From contig NC_068987.1 of the NCBI RefSeq assembly GCF_001194135.2, positions 100,068,959-100,132,958 of the forward strand: a DNA stretch of 64,000 nt. The letters are read 5' to 3'. This document shows, piece after piece, positions 41,577 to 55,389 of this stretch. Under the pieces are notes generated by a model. That model saw only the letters and a program-made list of their open reading frames with translations, was not told the DNA's origin and made no database searches. The translations under genes and the position numbers were made by a program. Every line of letters starts with the position of its first letter. Within the stretch, counting starts at the first letter, position 1. The DNA is from Octopus bimaculoides (Eukaryota).

Positions 41577-43806
41577 TATATGTATAATTTTCGTGGTGAT
41601 ATATCATTGCTTGAGGCTTCTGTTAACTAAGGGTTGAGCACTAACTACACTTTTGGTGGCGTGCTTTGTAATGCAAGTAGATTGTTCGGCAGAGGAGTAA
41701 ACTGCTACAACCTTGTAATATTAATTTATGACTGTATCTCACTATCTACTTTCTAAATGACTTTATGTGTTTGTCATGATATTAGTGATTTTAACTTCAG
41801 TGACTTTAACTTTTTCAACTGATAAAGCTACCATTTACTCTAATATTCCTTATTTAATTTGTTGACATGTCCATGTCACCATTAATGAACTCTCAAGAAA
41901 CGGTAGTCCCTTATCACATGAAAGTTGGTCAGTCATCAATAAGTGTACATCTTTTGTCAAGCATGCATATCTTAATTTTATATGTATATCAATAATTATA
42001 ATTTATATTCTTGATAGTATGATCATGTAAAACCCAGATTATTGTATGCAGTTCAGTTTCGTGTCATGCTTATACCAGATTTTACCATTTCTCACCAAGA
42101 AGCGTCAGCAACATGAGTACAGCTGGTGAATTCTTTGTATTATTGTATATACTCCTACTTTGAAAACATCGGATAGCAAGACGTTAAGAGTTAAAGTATA
42201 TTTTTTGTAATTCATAATGGGTGTTAAAGTGTAGCGCGAAGGCATACTTTACTGTGGCAAATTGTTTGGAAACAGTGCAATATTTACAGAAATTGTGTAC
42301 AGATAGTAGCTATATAATTGTACAAATCGTAAAGTGGTACACTATTTCAGTATTCTGAAAATTTAGATTTTATAGCAGATGCGATAATTTGAGATGCCTT
42401 ACTTCCTATTTGTTAGCTGAATTTTCGGCGCACGCAATTTACACATTGTTGTCTTATCATGGAGGATTGTATGGATTGTTGTAATTAACAACACTCTTGA
42501 AAATCTGATAATATGTTATAAATAAAAGGCTAGGAATTAGCTATGTCATTTTTATAAGGGAATGAACGATAATGACTGATCTAACATATTACATTACATT
42601 CATGTATGAACATATGGCACAGACGGTTACCCACAACAGTTATACATGTATGTTCTTTGTATGTTTATAATTGTAAATTACGGGTAAATATAATGGACAT
42701 TTACATGTGGTTTCATACCATTCTATTCAATAAAACACACACACAGAAATATACATACACACACGCATACCCATATATATGTATATATATGCACAAATAT
42801 ACAATAAAATATTTACTGAAAAAAATCAATTATATCTAAAAGAAATAAAACCAATCTAGATTGTTAACAGCGTTGTCAATTAAAATATCGAAATCAAGGA
42901 GACATTGAATATGTTAAGATTTTATATGATGGTGAAAATAAATATAACCAATTTCAGAAAACAAAACTGTCTTTATTCGCTAATACAATTAACTACACAT
43001 TTATTTATTTATTTCGTACAAATGAAAAAAAAAAAAAAAAATCTGAATACGTCTGAAAAGAAGTAAAGAAAATAGTCATTTATTCTGAAATTATTTTTTT
43101 TACTGCTGAGTATATAATATAATGCAAAACGACAAGTTTTTGTATTATAGACATTGAATAGAAATTCTAAGTGAGAAAGGTGTTTCGTGTTTCGACAACA
43201 GCAAACTAAAATATGGAAGCATCTATAATGTCGGAGTAATTTCTTCGCTCTTTAAATTGAAAATGTTTATACATGTATATTTTATTTTCTAGTTTTATTT
43301 TGTATTGTGTTTCTCCGATACTTTAAGCTATTAAATTTGCACACCGACAGTAACAAGAGAAATAATATTTAAATTTTACTTGACACTAAGGAAATGTTTT
43401 ACAAGCAGGCAGTGCGATAATTGAATGTATTGAAGCATACGGTTGTATATGACTGCTACAGATTATATTGATTATCCCGGGCTAAGAGGTAACAATTACT
43501 AAAATAAAAGGAAATAATAGCAACAAAGAGACGTGTGGAAATGTTAACGGGTATATATTAAAACATTATTTTTTTCTTTTACATAAACCCAAAGACATGT
43601 TTCTGAGAGGGTTGGACGAGGTTAATTTGACGCCAGCATTGTATACATAGATTCTTCTATCGAAATTAACACCCAAAACCCATGGATGTCGAAGGACATT
43701 TCAACAAAAAAATGCGCAACAAATGCTTGGATATACGACAGTGTTACGAATTTTACCATTCGAAACAAAAATGTTGCGTAGAAGAATACAATATCACTAT
43801 ATTTAA

Positions 43807-43807
43807 C

Positions 43808-43863
<56 letters not shown>

Positions 43864-43905
43864 TAAAACTACTGAACAATAATAATAATAATAATAATAA
43901 TAATA
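43807..43905. repeat. (TAA)n microsatellite interrupted by an 18-nt retroelement tail
   Basis: Direct reading; the interruption AAAAATAAAACTACTGAA is at 43859-43876. Confidence 0.9.
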
Positions 43906-44332
43906 CATTATTTACATAAAAATAATATATTTCAAGATTAAATTGTGCCGTGCACAGACAAAATCAATATACAGTAGTCAAAATATAGAAGAAAGAGAGC
44001 CAATACATATGCATATATATGCATAATACAAACATCTGTTTCAATTTTGTCCACACATATTTTAGCGTATGTTCGAACATCATTTCTGAGTAAGTGTCTC
44101 TCTCTCTCTATCTGTCTCTCTGTCTCTCTGTCTCTCTGTCTCTCTCTATCTCTCTCTCTCTGTCTCTCTCTCTCTCTTTCACTATATGTGTGTGTGAGTG
44201 TGTGCACACACATATATATAAAACATCATTCATTATTTCTTTATTCTCGCGTCCTGTATTTCAAAGTAACATAACATAGATTTGTACATATTTAAGTCTT
44301 CCTTTTACAAACACATGCCCTACCTGCCATTG

Positions 44333-44749
44333 ACTCTTACTCTTTACTCTTTTACTCTTTTACTTGCTTCAGTCATTTGACTGCGGCCATGCTGGAGCAC
44401 CGCCTTTATTCGAGCAAATCGACCCCAGGATTTAGGGTTTGGAAGCCTAGTACTTATTCTATCGGCTCTTTTTGCCGAACCGCTAAGTTACGGGGACGCA
44501 AACAAACCGGCATCGGTTGTCAAGCAATGGTGGAGGGACAAACACAGACACACAAACACACATGCATATATATATACATATATACGACGGGCTTCTTTTC
44601 AGTTTCCGTCTACCAAATCCACTCACAAGGCGTTGGTCGGCCCGAGGCTATACTATAAGACACTCGCCCAAGTTGCCACGCAGTGGGGATGAACCCGGAA
44701 CCATGTGGTTGGTAAGCAAGCTACTTACCACACAGCCACTCCTGCGCCT
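44333..44749 (-). mobile_element. tRNA-derived SINE family 1, full-length and best-preserved copy
   Basis: Minus strand head AGGCGCAGGAGTGGCTGTGTGGTAAG (A box)...GGTTCATCCCC (B box), internal TA/TG tract, (TAAAAGAG)n tail. Confidence 0.92.
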
Positions 44750-44858
44750 ATTGAACATTATGTTTTCCAAGTAATGCATGCTTTAATTTATATGTCTTTT
44801 AATATGTTAGAGTTAATATCAACATTTGTTTTTACGAAAGTATTTTGCGAGAGCTTCT

Positions 44859-45088
44859 CCCGTATCATATAAACTCATAGAGCTGGTTTCCGAGCTGTAT
44901 ATACACCCCACTGGTCAGGACGCCGGTTCATCGCAGGGTTCTCAACATTTATCAGCAGAGTGAGGCAACGTGAAGTGGAGACCTATGCTCAAAATCACAA
45001 CGCATTGTCCGGTCGAGGACTCGAACGCACAATCATACGATCACGATTTGAACACCCTAACCACTAAACCATACGCCCCATTTGATTC
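44859..45088 (-). mobile_element. tRNA-derived SINE (second family) with 11-bp target-site duplication
   Basis: Minus strand GGGGCGTATGGTTTAGTGGTTAGGGTG...GTTCGAGTCC tRNA head, then CCCTGCGATGAACCGGCGTCCTGACCAG. CGAGAGCTTCT is present at both 44848-44858 and 45089-45099. Confidence 0.8.
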
Positions 45089-46414
45089 CGAGAGCTTCTT
45101 ACATAAAGAAGCACAAAGATACAAATGGTTACGCACAATTGAATCTAGATAAAAAAGTATGTACATATACATATATACGGCACACATTTTACAATTTTTA
45201 TCCAGCAAACAATCCGGACCAAAATGAATAATCTCCCTTCTTTTCTTTGAAACAGTTATCCGAATTCAAAAACCAGTATTGGACGTCTTGGCAAGAAGTT
45301 CTTTAAATGAGCGATTTAGAACTGGCAATGTTTCATCGGCTACTTCATATCAAAAGGTAACAAATTGATCGATTTGAACCCCTGTATCTCCTGTGCAACA
45401 TTCCACATTCCAAACGAAGGAACAACAAGTAAAAAAATTAGATGATTATGAAGATGGTGATATCAATGAAAATTGTGTTGAATATAGTTGTGTTGGTTGT
45501 ACTGGTAGTAGTGCTGGTGTTGATGGTTGCGGTATCGTTGGTTGAGGTGGTGTTCTTGTTGTTAATGCTGCTGCGACTGATAATGGAAGAGTAATTGTGA
45601 TAACGATGATGATAATAATGATGGTGGGATAGTCGGTGTGAGACTGAGGGTAGACTACATTCGAAATGCCATAGATCGAGACGCAAAATATGTCGCATCG
45701 TTATTTGCAACGGCGATAAATATTGAAATAATCTACCTTATCATCTGTGGGGGTACAGGAGGGTGAGCAGGAACAGCAAATGATGAAAGCGAAAATGAAG
45801 AACAAACAAGAAGGTGGAGGAGGAGAATAATAATAAGAAGAACAATAACAACAACAACAGCAAAAGACACAACAACCACAGTAATAGAACAATAGCAAAA
45901 CAGCATTATACACGATATGGTATAGGTGAAGTAAAGATAATAATTGAGAGAACAGTCATTAGAATATAGATTGCTGATATTAAAACAGAAGAGATACTGT
46001 TACAATAGTGGCGAAGTTGGAAAGTCAATGAAAGATAAATATAAAGAGAAAGAAAATACATTAAAGCAACTAGGAATGCAAATGAAGAAATCACAGGTCA
46101 TTGGGTTTTGTCTCTAGTAATTCTGATATTTAATTGAATAGCCATAAAAATGTCACTATTAAATTGAGTTTATATATATGTTTATATATTCATTTGCATA
46201 ATTATTTACGCAATTGTGTATTTCACAAGTTTGTATATTATTATGTTTTACTTAAATGCTAATTTATATTGCATTTCGTTGTAATTAATCATATTTTTAG
46301 TATTTTGCTTGAGATTTATTGGCATCTATCTGTAGGAAATCGGGTAAATTTTATATATACATTGATGTTTACAGTTTATATGTAAACATGCATGAAACAT
46401 ATGCGGTATCTCTC

Positions 46415-46459
<45 letters not shown>

Positions 46460-46486
46460 TTCTCTCTCTCTCTCTACTCCTACACT

Positions 46487-46533
<47 letters not shown>

Positions 46534-48451
46534 GTATGCACACACACATTTTTCTTATATATATATGAATTGATCGATGCATTTGCATGTATATACTACA
46601 TTGTGATAGCCTTCGAATTGTCTTAACCATCGTGTTTCTCAATCTAATATTTACATCTCATTCTTTAGATCTTTATATGTACTTCAAGATCCAATTCCAA
46701 ATAAAATTATACCAAGTTCTAGCGAAAGTTTACAAATTCTATTTATATCGGCAGTATACACCTCTGCGTACGTATATGTGTGTGCGCAAGCGTGCATATG
46801 TATACATATACATTATATACATTATATACATAGGTATAATCCATTGATGCTATACTATCAATTACAAAGTTTTGTTTTCCAGTTTTATATTAATTTTACT
46901 TTCAAATATTGTAGTTGTGTTATTTAAATTGTTCAGGTATTGTTGTTATCTTCAATTTTACTAATTATTGTTTTCATTTTCATTTATGCACTAGTGAATA
47001 GCTTTCTTTTCATTTTTGTCACGCATTTGTCGTTAAATCTATTCAAAGAAACAGAGAGCTCTCTTAACTTTTATATCACCTGCTATCACTGTTCACCCAT
47101 CAGAATTAATTTTCAATCATGCTGTTTCTAACGCCACGGGTCATACTGTTAACATCTATATATTGAAGTAAATTTTGCTGATTCAATGTTTATTTGCTTT
47201 TCGTTATATTTGATTTCGTAGTTAAAACTGTATAGTATATTTAGCCTTATATTTTCGAATATATTGTATCATACCATAAATTTGTACAACAATTTCAATA
47301 TCTAACTTAATGTACTACCATTTAACAAGCTAATTTAAAATATAGCAATTGTGAATGATAGTGCAAGTTAGTAAAGTACTGTAGATTTTAAAACAGAGTT
47401 AATGAGTGTAGCAATGTGTATTGGCGAAACCTAGTAGTATATGATTATATCGTGTAGTATTTTAGATACATTTAATTATAGTTGGTAGAGGAACGTTATA
47501 TACTTAATAATTAGACACAGTTCAAATGCAGTATATTTTAAATAAATATTCTCACACCACCTTGGAAACGATTACAAATTAGCACTAAACTAGTCACAGA
47601 TCATCAAATCGTGGAAAATATCAAAATTCGGTGAAACACATTTTTGTAACACCATCATGTATTGTCCATTCGGTTGCTTATGCTTTAGATTATCAGTCTA
47701 CCATTATAGGGTTCTAGGGCCTCAGTCTGTGTGTTAATGCTTCCGTGCATACGTGCGGTAAAGAGGAAACTCTGAAAATATATTATCGTAGAAAAGTTCA
47801 TGAAGTTATACAGAAGCTAATGCTTTCCTTGTTTATATATAAAGAAAATAGCAATTCCACATCGCCCTCCCTTTTTGTCTTCTCGGCTACCCGATAAACA
47901 ATTTTTGGACACCATACATTTATACACATTACTTTATCCTATAACCAATCCTTAAATCTCCACACACATCACTCTATCTACCTCTCTTTCTATTTATTTT
48001 CTCTTCTTTCATTTTACGACTTAATAGCCACCTTCGCAACCATTCTGTTATTGAACGTTGATTGGTTCGCGTTTTTTTTCTCTGCATATCTTAGACAACA
48101 AGGAACTACGTCGCGTTGCACCTAAGGACTTACGCTCATGGATCTACGCAAGATTGCACCTAAGGACTTTTGCTCTTGTTTCTATAACTTCGGAAAGTTG
48201 GACTATGGAAATTATGATACTTTTTCTTCTTTCTTTCCATCTCCTTATTCTTTTATTCCCTTCCTCTATGTCGTTATTTTCCTTGTTTTTTTTCTTTTTG
48301 TTTTTGTCGCTGATGAATGAATATCACATACTCAGGGATATCCCAGAAACAGGTGTCAGACTTTGAAAGATTTCAAGTAATAATATTGTATACGGCTTGC
48401 GATGTTTACGTTGCCTTAATGTTTATCGTCCTCTTTACCAATTATGCATGC

Positions 48452-48489
<38 letters not shown>

Positions 48490-49264
48490 NNNNNNNNNNN
48501 NNNNNNNNNNNNNNNNNNNNNNNNNNNNNNNNNNNNNNNNNNNNNNNNNNNNNNNNNNNNNNNNNNNNNNNNNNNNNNNNNNNNNNNNNNNNNNNNNNNN
48601 NNNNNNNNNNNNNNNNNNNNNNNNNNNNNNNNNNNNNNNNNNNNNNNNNNNNNNNNNNNNNNNNNNNNNNNNNNNNNNNNNNNNNNNNNNNNNNNNNNNN
48701 NNNNNNNNNNNNNNNNNNNNNNNNNNNNNNNNNNNNNNNNNNNNNNNNNNNNNNNNNNNNNNNNNNNNNNNNNNNNNNNNNNNNNNNNNNNNNNNNNNNN
48801 NNNNNNNNNNNNNNNNNNNNNNNNNNNNNNNNNNNNNNNNNNNNNNNNNNNNNNNNNNNNNNNNNNNNNNNNNNATATATATATATATATATATATATAG
48901 TTATATATATATACCTAAATAGCCATACACGTTTACATATATATTATCATGAATTCTCCTCCTAGACGGCATTTCAAGTTTCTTTTGCCACTTAATTTGT
49001 AGCATCATATGTTAACAAATTTATGACTTCTACATTTGTGTCACTAGCTACATATGTTCGCTTTATAAAAAATATAATTCCTATATACGCATACAAATAC
49101 AATTCCTATATACGCATCATATACGCATAATAGTTTATATTTTGGAAGCTAATTTATACGTACTTGGTAGCATTTGTGCATATGAAACGTAAGGATTTTC
49201 CCATTTTCTACATTCCTGAGATCACGTAATTTATCTTTGTACTTAAAAAGTTATCTGTCCTAAA

Positions 49265-49650
49265 TTAGCTAGCGCAGTGGTTAGAGCATCGGGCTCACAA
49301 TGATGAGTTAATGAGTTCTATTCCTTGAATGAGCTGTGTTGCGTTCCTGTGTAAAGCACTTTATTTCATGTTGCTCCAGTTCCCTCAACTTTAGAAATAA
49401 GTTGCGACGTCACTGGAGTGCAGCTGTACCAGCCTTTGCCTTACCGTTGGATAACATGGGTGCCATGGAGAGAGTAGTGTATTTCGCATGGTTGACTGCT
49501 GGTTTACTATAAACAATCTTACCCTGACATTTTCGTCGGAGGGGTCACTGTTGGCTTTCTAAAAACAACCTTACCGTGATGTGTGCCTCGGAAGGGAATA
49601 TTCTAAGTGTAATCCCATGGTCATACATGTCCAAAGTGGATTTTTACTCT
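49265..49650 (+). mobile_element. tRNA-derived SINE (third family)
   Basis: TAGCGCAGTGGTTAGAGCATCGGGCTCACAA (tRNA D arm/A box), GAGTTCTATTCC (B-box-like), AAAGCACTTTATTTCATGTTGCTCCAGTTC. Confidence 0.7.
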
Positions 49651-50080
49651 GTCTAACTTTGAGAGAGAATATGAACGACTGCAGAAGTTAGATATTCCTG
49701 TGCAGAAAACCTCATTGCAGGTAATACAGAATATGATAGCTCTGACAATCAAGAGTAGGAGAGGCATTTAGACAAAGCTGAAGTGTACTGTTATTCAATG
49801 TGCTTGTTCCAAATGTTGCTTAATAAACTATTACCAATAAGCTAGATGATATATTTGGTTAGGGGCTGAACAAGCTACAATTTTTCAATAAGAAAGAACG
49901 TTATACAATATGTTGAAACAGTAAAAATAAGATTGCCAAAATTACCGGCTACTTATAATTATGTTATAAGCGTTACGTGGTTCTAAAACTTAGGTGACGA
50001 TGTATGGTTCAAATGTACAGAAAGCAAACGACAAAAGATGAGAGAGAGAGTGAGTGAGAGAAACAGATATATAGATAGAT

Positions 50081-50151
<71 letters not shown>

Positions 50152-50889
50152 GACAGAGAAAGAGAGAGAGCATGAAGTAGGTGTATTAGTTTAATATTCG
50201 GAGAGAATTGAGAAGACTTTGCCGTTTTGAGTCTACACTCTCCGAAACAAAGAGATGAGAAGAAAATAGAGCGAGACAGAAAAACAAAATCGAAAGAGAA
50301 GAATGTGTCAAGATTAACGTTTTAACATGATGAAATGACAATATACATGGTTGCTGCCTTATCGGTTATATCATGATAAGAATCTTTGGAGACGATTGAT
50401 AATATCGGTCTCAACTACCACGTCTGTATTCACACACATGATGATACGTCTTTGAATACATTGTACATGTAATCTAATGCATTTTCTGTCACGAACAAAT
50501 ATGCTGAAATTCACAGTGCACCTAAATGGATCAAATATATAATAATGAAATGTCGTCTTCATAAAAATTAAATTTTAATTATGGCGACGTTATGCAATAT
50601 ATAACTGATTAATTTTCTGGTGTGAAGTTAATAATTTACGTGAAGAAATACAGCGTCACATCATTTAGCTTTTAGTTTCTGATATGATTCTTTTTTCAAT
50701 GAGCAAATACAATCTGTCCGAAACTAGTAAATTAAATGGAAGTACAAGTGGGAGAAATAGAGGACACGAAGTAGGCCAATAGTAATACCAATCGTATAAA
50801 GAAAAATGAGTCAGGGGTAAAAATAAGAAAGAGAAGAACAGCAACAAAGATAGCAAATGCAGTAAGAATGAATAATACCTACGACAATG

Positions 50890-51975
50890 AACGAAATACA
50901 GGACGTGGAACTGGCCCCCATAGTTGCAGGAGTAAGTTTCCAGATGTTTCTTCATGTTAGGTGGTATTGAACCCAATGCTTCGATGACAATAGGGACAAT
51001 CTTTATATTTGACTCGCGTAGCTGCTACATCTTTGTGATCTTAATTCTCAAGTCTCGATCTTAATCAATCTTTTATTCTTTTATATGATAATATTTTGCT
51101 TACCTGGCACGGCCACTTCGATTATGAATATTACCTGTTTGTCCTTCCTGAAGGTTACTATGTCCGCCTTTCGGTGTTCTCTGTGTAGAAGTCAAAGTCC
51201 CAGAGGATTCTTTCCATCACCTTTTCGTCCCTTAAGCTTTTGGTGTATATTAGCAAGCAATATGTACTTACATCGTATCCATACTTCCGGCATAGTAGGC
51301 AGTGAAGTTTCTGCGCTACTTTGTAATGTCTGCGCTTGTACCCTTTATGCGCAAGACTTTCACAAGCACTAACACTGTGAGTCACGCTTTCGACCTTCTT
51401 CCCACACATTCTGTAGAGGTCGGTTGCACTTGTGAGGTATATATCTCTTATCACTGAGATGGTATTCAATGCCTGATCCTCGGCAGCGATGATTAGGCTT
51501 TCAGGCTTCTTTTTTATGTCACCCTTGCTGAGCCAACTCCAACTTCTAAGTTGGAACTTCTAAGTTGTTAGTTTCACAGTGTAACTGACCGTGTAATTCT
51601 ATGTGGAGTAGAGTTTCTTCTTTCTCATTGGCTATTCATGATCGGGATTGATTAGCACTCTCAAGCCCATTTTTGGTAAATCCGTCTGCATTAGCCGTAT
51701 ACACTAGCAGGTTTTTTTTTCCTATTTCCCAAATACTCTGTCATGTTTCTTATTTCACTGTTGATGCACTCCCGTTCGCTAATCAGCCCACGTTCACTTT
51801 TACACTTCTTCATGAAGAGACTGTGTACGGTCGCCTTAAGGTGGTGGGCACACTACAATGTCATTGTCTTTCAGGTTGTGCAATAGAGCTGGTTAATCTC
51901 CGCTCGTGTCCATTTCAGAATTGAGGCACTATAGCAGACTACATCAAAAGCCCATATATTGATGGTAGCCAAAAG

Positions 51976-51976
<1 letters not shown>
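50890..51976 (-). mobile_element. 5'-truncated decayed R4/Dong-like retrotransposon (copy B)
   Basis: Minus-strand frames read NLLATINIWAFDVVCYSASILKWTRAEINQL (late RT); ESLIIAAEDQALNT; YRMCGKKVESVTHSVSAC...RRHYKVAQKLHCLLCRKYG (CCHC); ILWDFDFYT; ADIVTFRKDKQVIFIIEVAVPG (RLE); IGALGSIP. Confidence 0.88.
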
Positions 51977-52037
<61 letters not shown>

Positions 52038-52051
52038 CATTATTATTATTA
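51977..52051. repeat. (TTA)n microsatellite separating copies B and C
   Basis: Direct reading. Confidence 0.95.
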
Positions 52052-53137
52052 TTCAGTAGTTTTATTTTTATAACGTGCTTTCACTTCACTACCGAGCGCA
52101 GCTCTGTGCGCCTTGGGTATGTGCTGTGGTTTGCTGTGGTGCTCTTATGTTTACTGTATTGAAAGTGTTTTGCGTAGAATGTGTGCAGTACCCAGTAGTG
52201 CAATTTTCTGTATGTTATATATATTTGTAAGTCCTGGTGTTTTTGTTATGTATTTGTCTGAATATTTTTTTATTATACCTAAGGCACCTACTATGATAGG
52301 AATTGTTTCTNNNNNNNNNNNNNNNNNNNNNNNNNNNNNNNNNNNNNNNNNNNNNNNNNNNNNNNNNNNNNNNNNNNNNNNNNNNNNNNNNNNNNNNNNN
52401 NNNNNNNNNNNNNNNNNNNNNNNNNNNNNNNNNNNNNNNNNNNNNNNNNNNNNNNNNNNNNNNNNNNNNNNNNNNNNNNNNNNNNNNNNNNNNNNNNNNN
52501 NNNNNNNNNNNNNNNNNNNNNNNNNNNNNNNNNNNNNNNNNNNNNNNNNNNNNNNNNNNNNNNNNNNNNNNNNNNNNNNNNNNNNNNNNNNNNNNNNNNN
52601 NNNNNNNNNNNNNNNNNNNNNNNNNNNNNNNNNNNNNNNNNNNNNNNNNNNNNNNNNNNNNNNNNNNNNNNNNNNNNNNNNNNNNNNNNNNNNNNNNNNN
52701 NNNNNNNNNNNNNNNNNNNNNNNNNNNNNNNNNNNNNNNNNNNNNNNNNNNNNNNNNNNNNNNNNNNNNNNNNNNNNNNNNNNNNNNNNNNNNNNNNNNN
52801 NNNNNNNNNNNNNNNNNNNNNNNNNNNNNNNNNNNNNNNNNNNNNNNNNNNNNNNNNNNNNNNNNNNNNNNNNNNNNNNNNNNNNNNNNNNNNNNNNNNN
52901 NNNNNNNNNNNNNNNNNNNNNNNNNNNNNNNNGGGGCTTTTCTTGCCATCGTTTTATCATGGTCCGTTGCTGTTCTAGTTTTAGTTTGGATTTCATTTGT
53001 TTTATAGCTTTTGTTGTTTCTTCTTCTTCTTCTTCGTATTTGTTAGGTAGATTGATTTCTTGTTTGTATTTGTCAGCTTCCTTAAATACTGAAAACAGTT
53101 TTTTGTTTTGCTCGTGTTTTGTGGCTATTTGTATTAG
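52052..53137 (-). mobile_element. 5'-truncated R4/Dong-like retrotransposon (copy C), apparently young, middle in an N gap
   Basis: Open on both sides of the gap: KLIQIATKHEQNKKLFSVFKEADKYK...IKRWQEKP [gap] ETIPIIVGALGIIKKYSDKYITKTPGLTNIYNIQKIALLGTAHILRKTLSIQ*, then a ~100-nt 3'UTR ending in (TAA)n. TAA arrays on both sides. Confidence 0.9.
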
Positions 53138-53156
53138 TTTATTATTATTATTATTA

Positions 53157-53240
<84 letters not shown>
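53138..53240. repeat. (TTA)n microsatellite separating copies C and D
   Basis: Direct reading. Confidence 0.95.
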
Positions 53241-53243
<3 letters not shown>

Positions 53244-53685
53244 GTTAGACTTGTTGCTGTTGCGTTGTTGTTGTTAACATTATAATTATTTTGGTTTGGC
53301 TGAGCTTCGGTCTTATTCCTGGTAGGAGTTATGTGGATAGCGGGTTAATATTTCTAAACTCATCTACCCACAAGTTTTCAGTACTTTTAGATCCATTCTG
53401 ATACTTAGTGACCATTCTCATAATCCTTGTTGTCCCTGAGAGACAAACATCTTCTAGGAGCTCTACCGGGAAATCTATCTCAATCTCTTTCAGACATTTG
53501 TCTATCCATTCGCAAACTGTTCCCAAGCACCAATTATGATAGTCACGGGATTTACTGTTCACATGCACCAAATTCTTCCTATTTCAAACATTATGGGATC
53601 GTACCTTTTTTCCTTTGTCAGTGTTCTTCGCTCTTTACGATCCTGCAATCCACTGGTCATGATAGTTCGATGAGTAAGCAACTCA
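53241..53685 (-). mobile_element. R4/Dong-like retrotransposon 3' fragment (copy D)
   Basis: CLLIELS*PVDCRIVKSEE; RYDPIMFEIGRIWCM; CLGTVCEWIDKCLKEIEIDFPVELL..VCLSGTTRIMRMV. The 3' UTR ends at the TAA array. Confidence 0.75.
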
Positions 53686-53687
53686 TT

Positions 53688-53812
53688 TGACTTCACCTTT
53701 TATCATTTAGGGGTCGACAAAGTGAGTGTCACTTAAACACTGTGGTTGGTATATTCATTATTCCTCACTTCCCAAAATTGCTGGCCTTGTGGGAACATTT
53801 GAAAACAATAAT
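53688..53812 (+). mobile_element. SINE 3' fragment
   Basis: GACTTCACCTTTTATCATTTAGGGGTCGACAAAGTGAGT...CCCAAAATTGCTGGCCTTGTG. Confidence 0.6.
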
Positions 53813-53842
53813 ATGATGGGAGAAATTATCATTATTATATAA

Positions 53843-54256
53843 TTGTTCAACAGTTGGTAGTGTCAGACCGATTTCTACTGCATCACCTGCTACAACTCCG
53901 TGTTGCTGGTATGTGTGCAGCATTGCGTGTTATTGTCTCTTGTTGGGAGTGCACAAACTCTGCTTTGTATTGTAGTGTGTTAATTTATTTTCTCTTGAGG
54001 TGTGATGCAGTTTTTTGTTGTGTTACTGTTTGCATTGTGTGCTGAGTGTGTAATGCGTTGCTTAATTGATTTGCTGGTGGAAGTTTATTTCACAACGTAA
54101 TTGTTATATAGAGTGTCGTGTGTTTGTGGTTTGTTTAGCTTATATTTATTAGATAGCGTTTTACTTAGGATGCGGGCTGTTCCTAGCAGGGCTATTTATG
54201 GGGTAGTGTGTAATATTGTAGACCCGGGTATAGGTTCTACGTTTTTGTTCGCATTT
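53843..54256 (-). mobile_element. R4/Dong-like retrotransposon extreme 3' fragment (copy E)
   Basis: Minus strand PIPGSTILHTTP*IALLGTARILSKTLS, then a CA-rich UTR ending at a short TAA-like tract. The 5' junction abuts the (TTA)n(TAG)n array at 54257-54442. Confidence 0.7.
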
Positions 54257-54269
54257 ATAATTATAATAA

Positions 54270-54442
<173 letters not shown>

Positions 54443-55340
54443 CATTGCTTTGCTTGTTTAGTAATCTAGAATGTTGTTGCTTAAGATATTCTTAAGAAAT
54501 AATTGATTTTCCGAGAACAATTAAAGTACTAAATGAAAGAAAGAAAACTCGTGTCTGTGGCAACTGCAATGCGATGCGCATTAGTAGAATATAAAAAGAA
54601 TACAATGGAAGCAATTACAATTCCACAAATAGTAAAAGAAGACTTATAGCTAAGAGTAAAATAGATATACACGATCAACAAAGGTGAAGCCATATTTTGT
54701 ATACTGAAGTAAAAGAAAAAAATAATAGTAAGCGACTTTTCTAGGATTAAGTATATGGAAGTTTTACAACCATTTAACATTTCAGTTGTCAAGTGTACCA
54801 ATCTATTTAATATTTAAGTATAAATCTGTAGAAGTCAGCAGATGTGTTCTCTGTAGCTCTAAATCTTTTCTATATCTGCCTTTTTCTTGCTTACGGATAT
54901 TAAAACATTTTATAACCTGACTATGGGGAAATAAATGCTATCACGGATCACAATTATGAGAATACGGCTTATACCTGTTTATGGATAAGCTCATGCATGC
55001 ATGTGAATGCGTGCGTCTGCAATTATACTACGCAGATGTATGTGCAAATACGATTAATAATATTGTTTGGCTCTTTCAGCAGCGAAACATATAGTTCGAG
55101 AATACGGACAGTTTAGCAATAAATTGGTTCAATATCTTTGCAAACGTGTGTTCAACGAATGTAAATACGTAAAGAAAGAATTCCCTTACACTCATAAACA
55201 TGCATTACATGTGTGTATGTATGTATGTATGTATGTATGTATGTATATATATATATATATATATATATTTATTCATGTGTATACTTACATACATACATGC
55301 ATAAATACATACGTATATGTGTTCACGCATATACATATGC

Positions 55341-55389
<49 letters not shown>

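Noticed and set aside
43680-43806. QKNAQQMLGYTTVLRIL, resembling the LLGTARILR end of RLE elements, before a TAA array
   Set aside because: Too diverged to call without a profile search.
45438-45913. ORFs in a purine-rich, low-complexity stretch
   Set aside because: Decayed trinucleotide repeats (cryptic simplicity); no domain signal.
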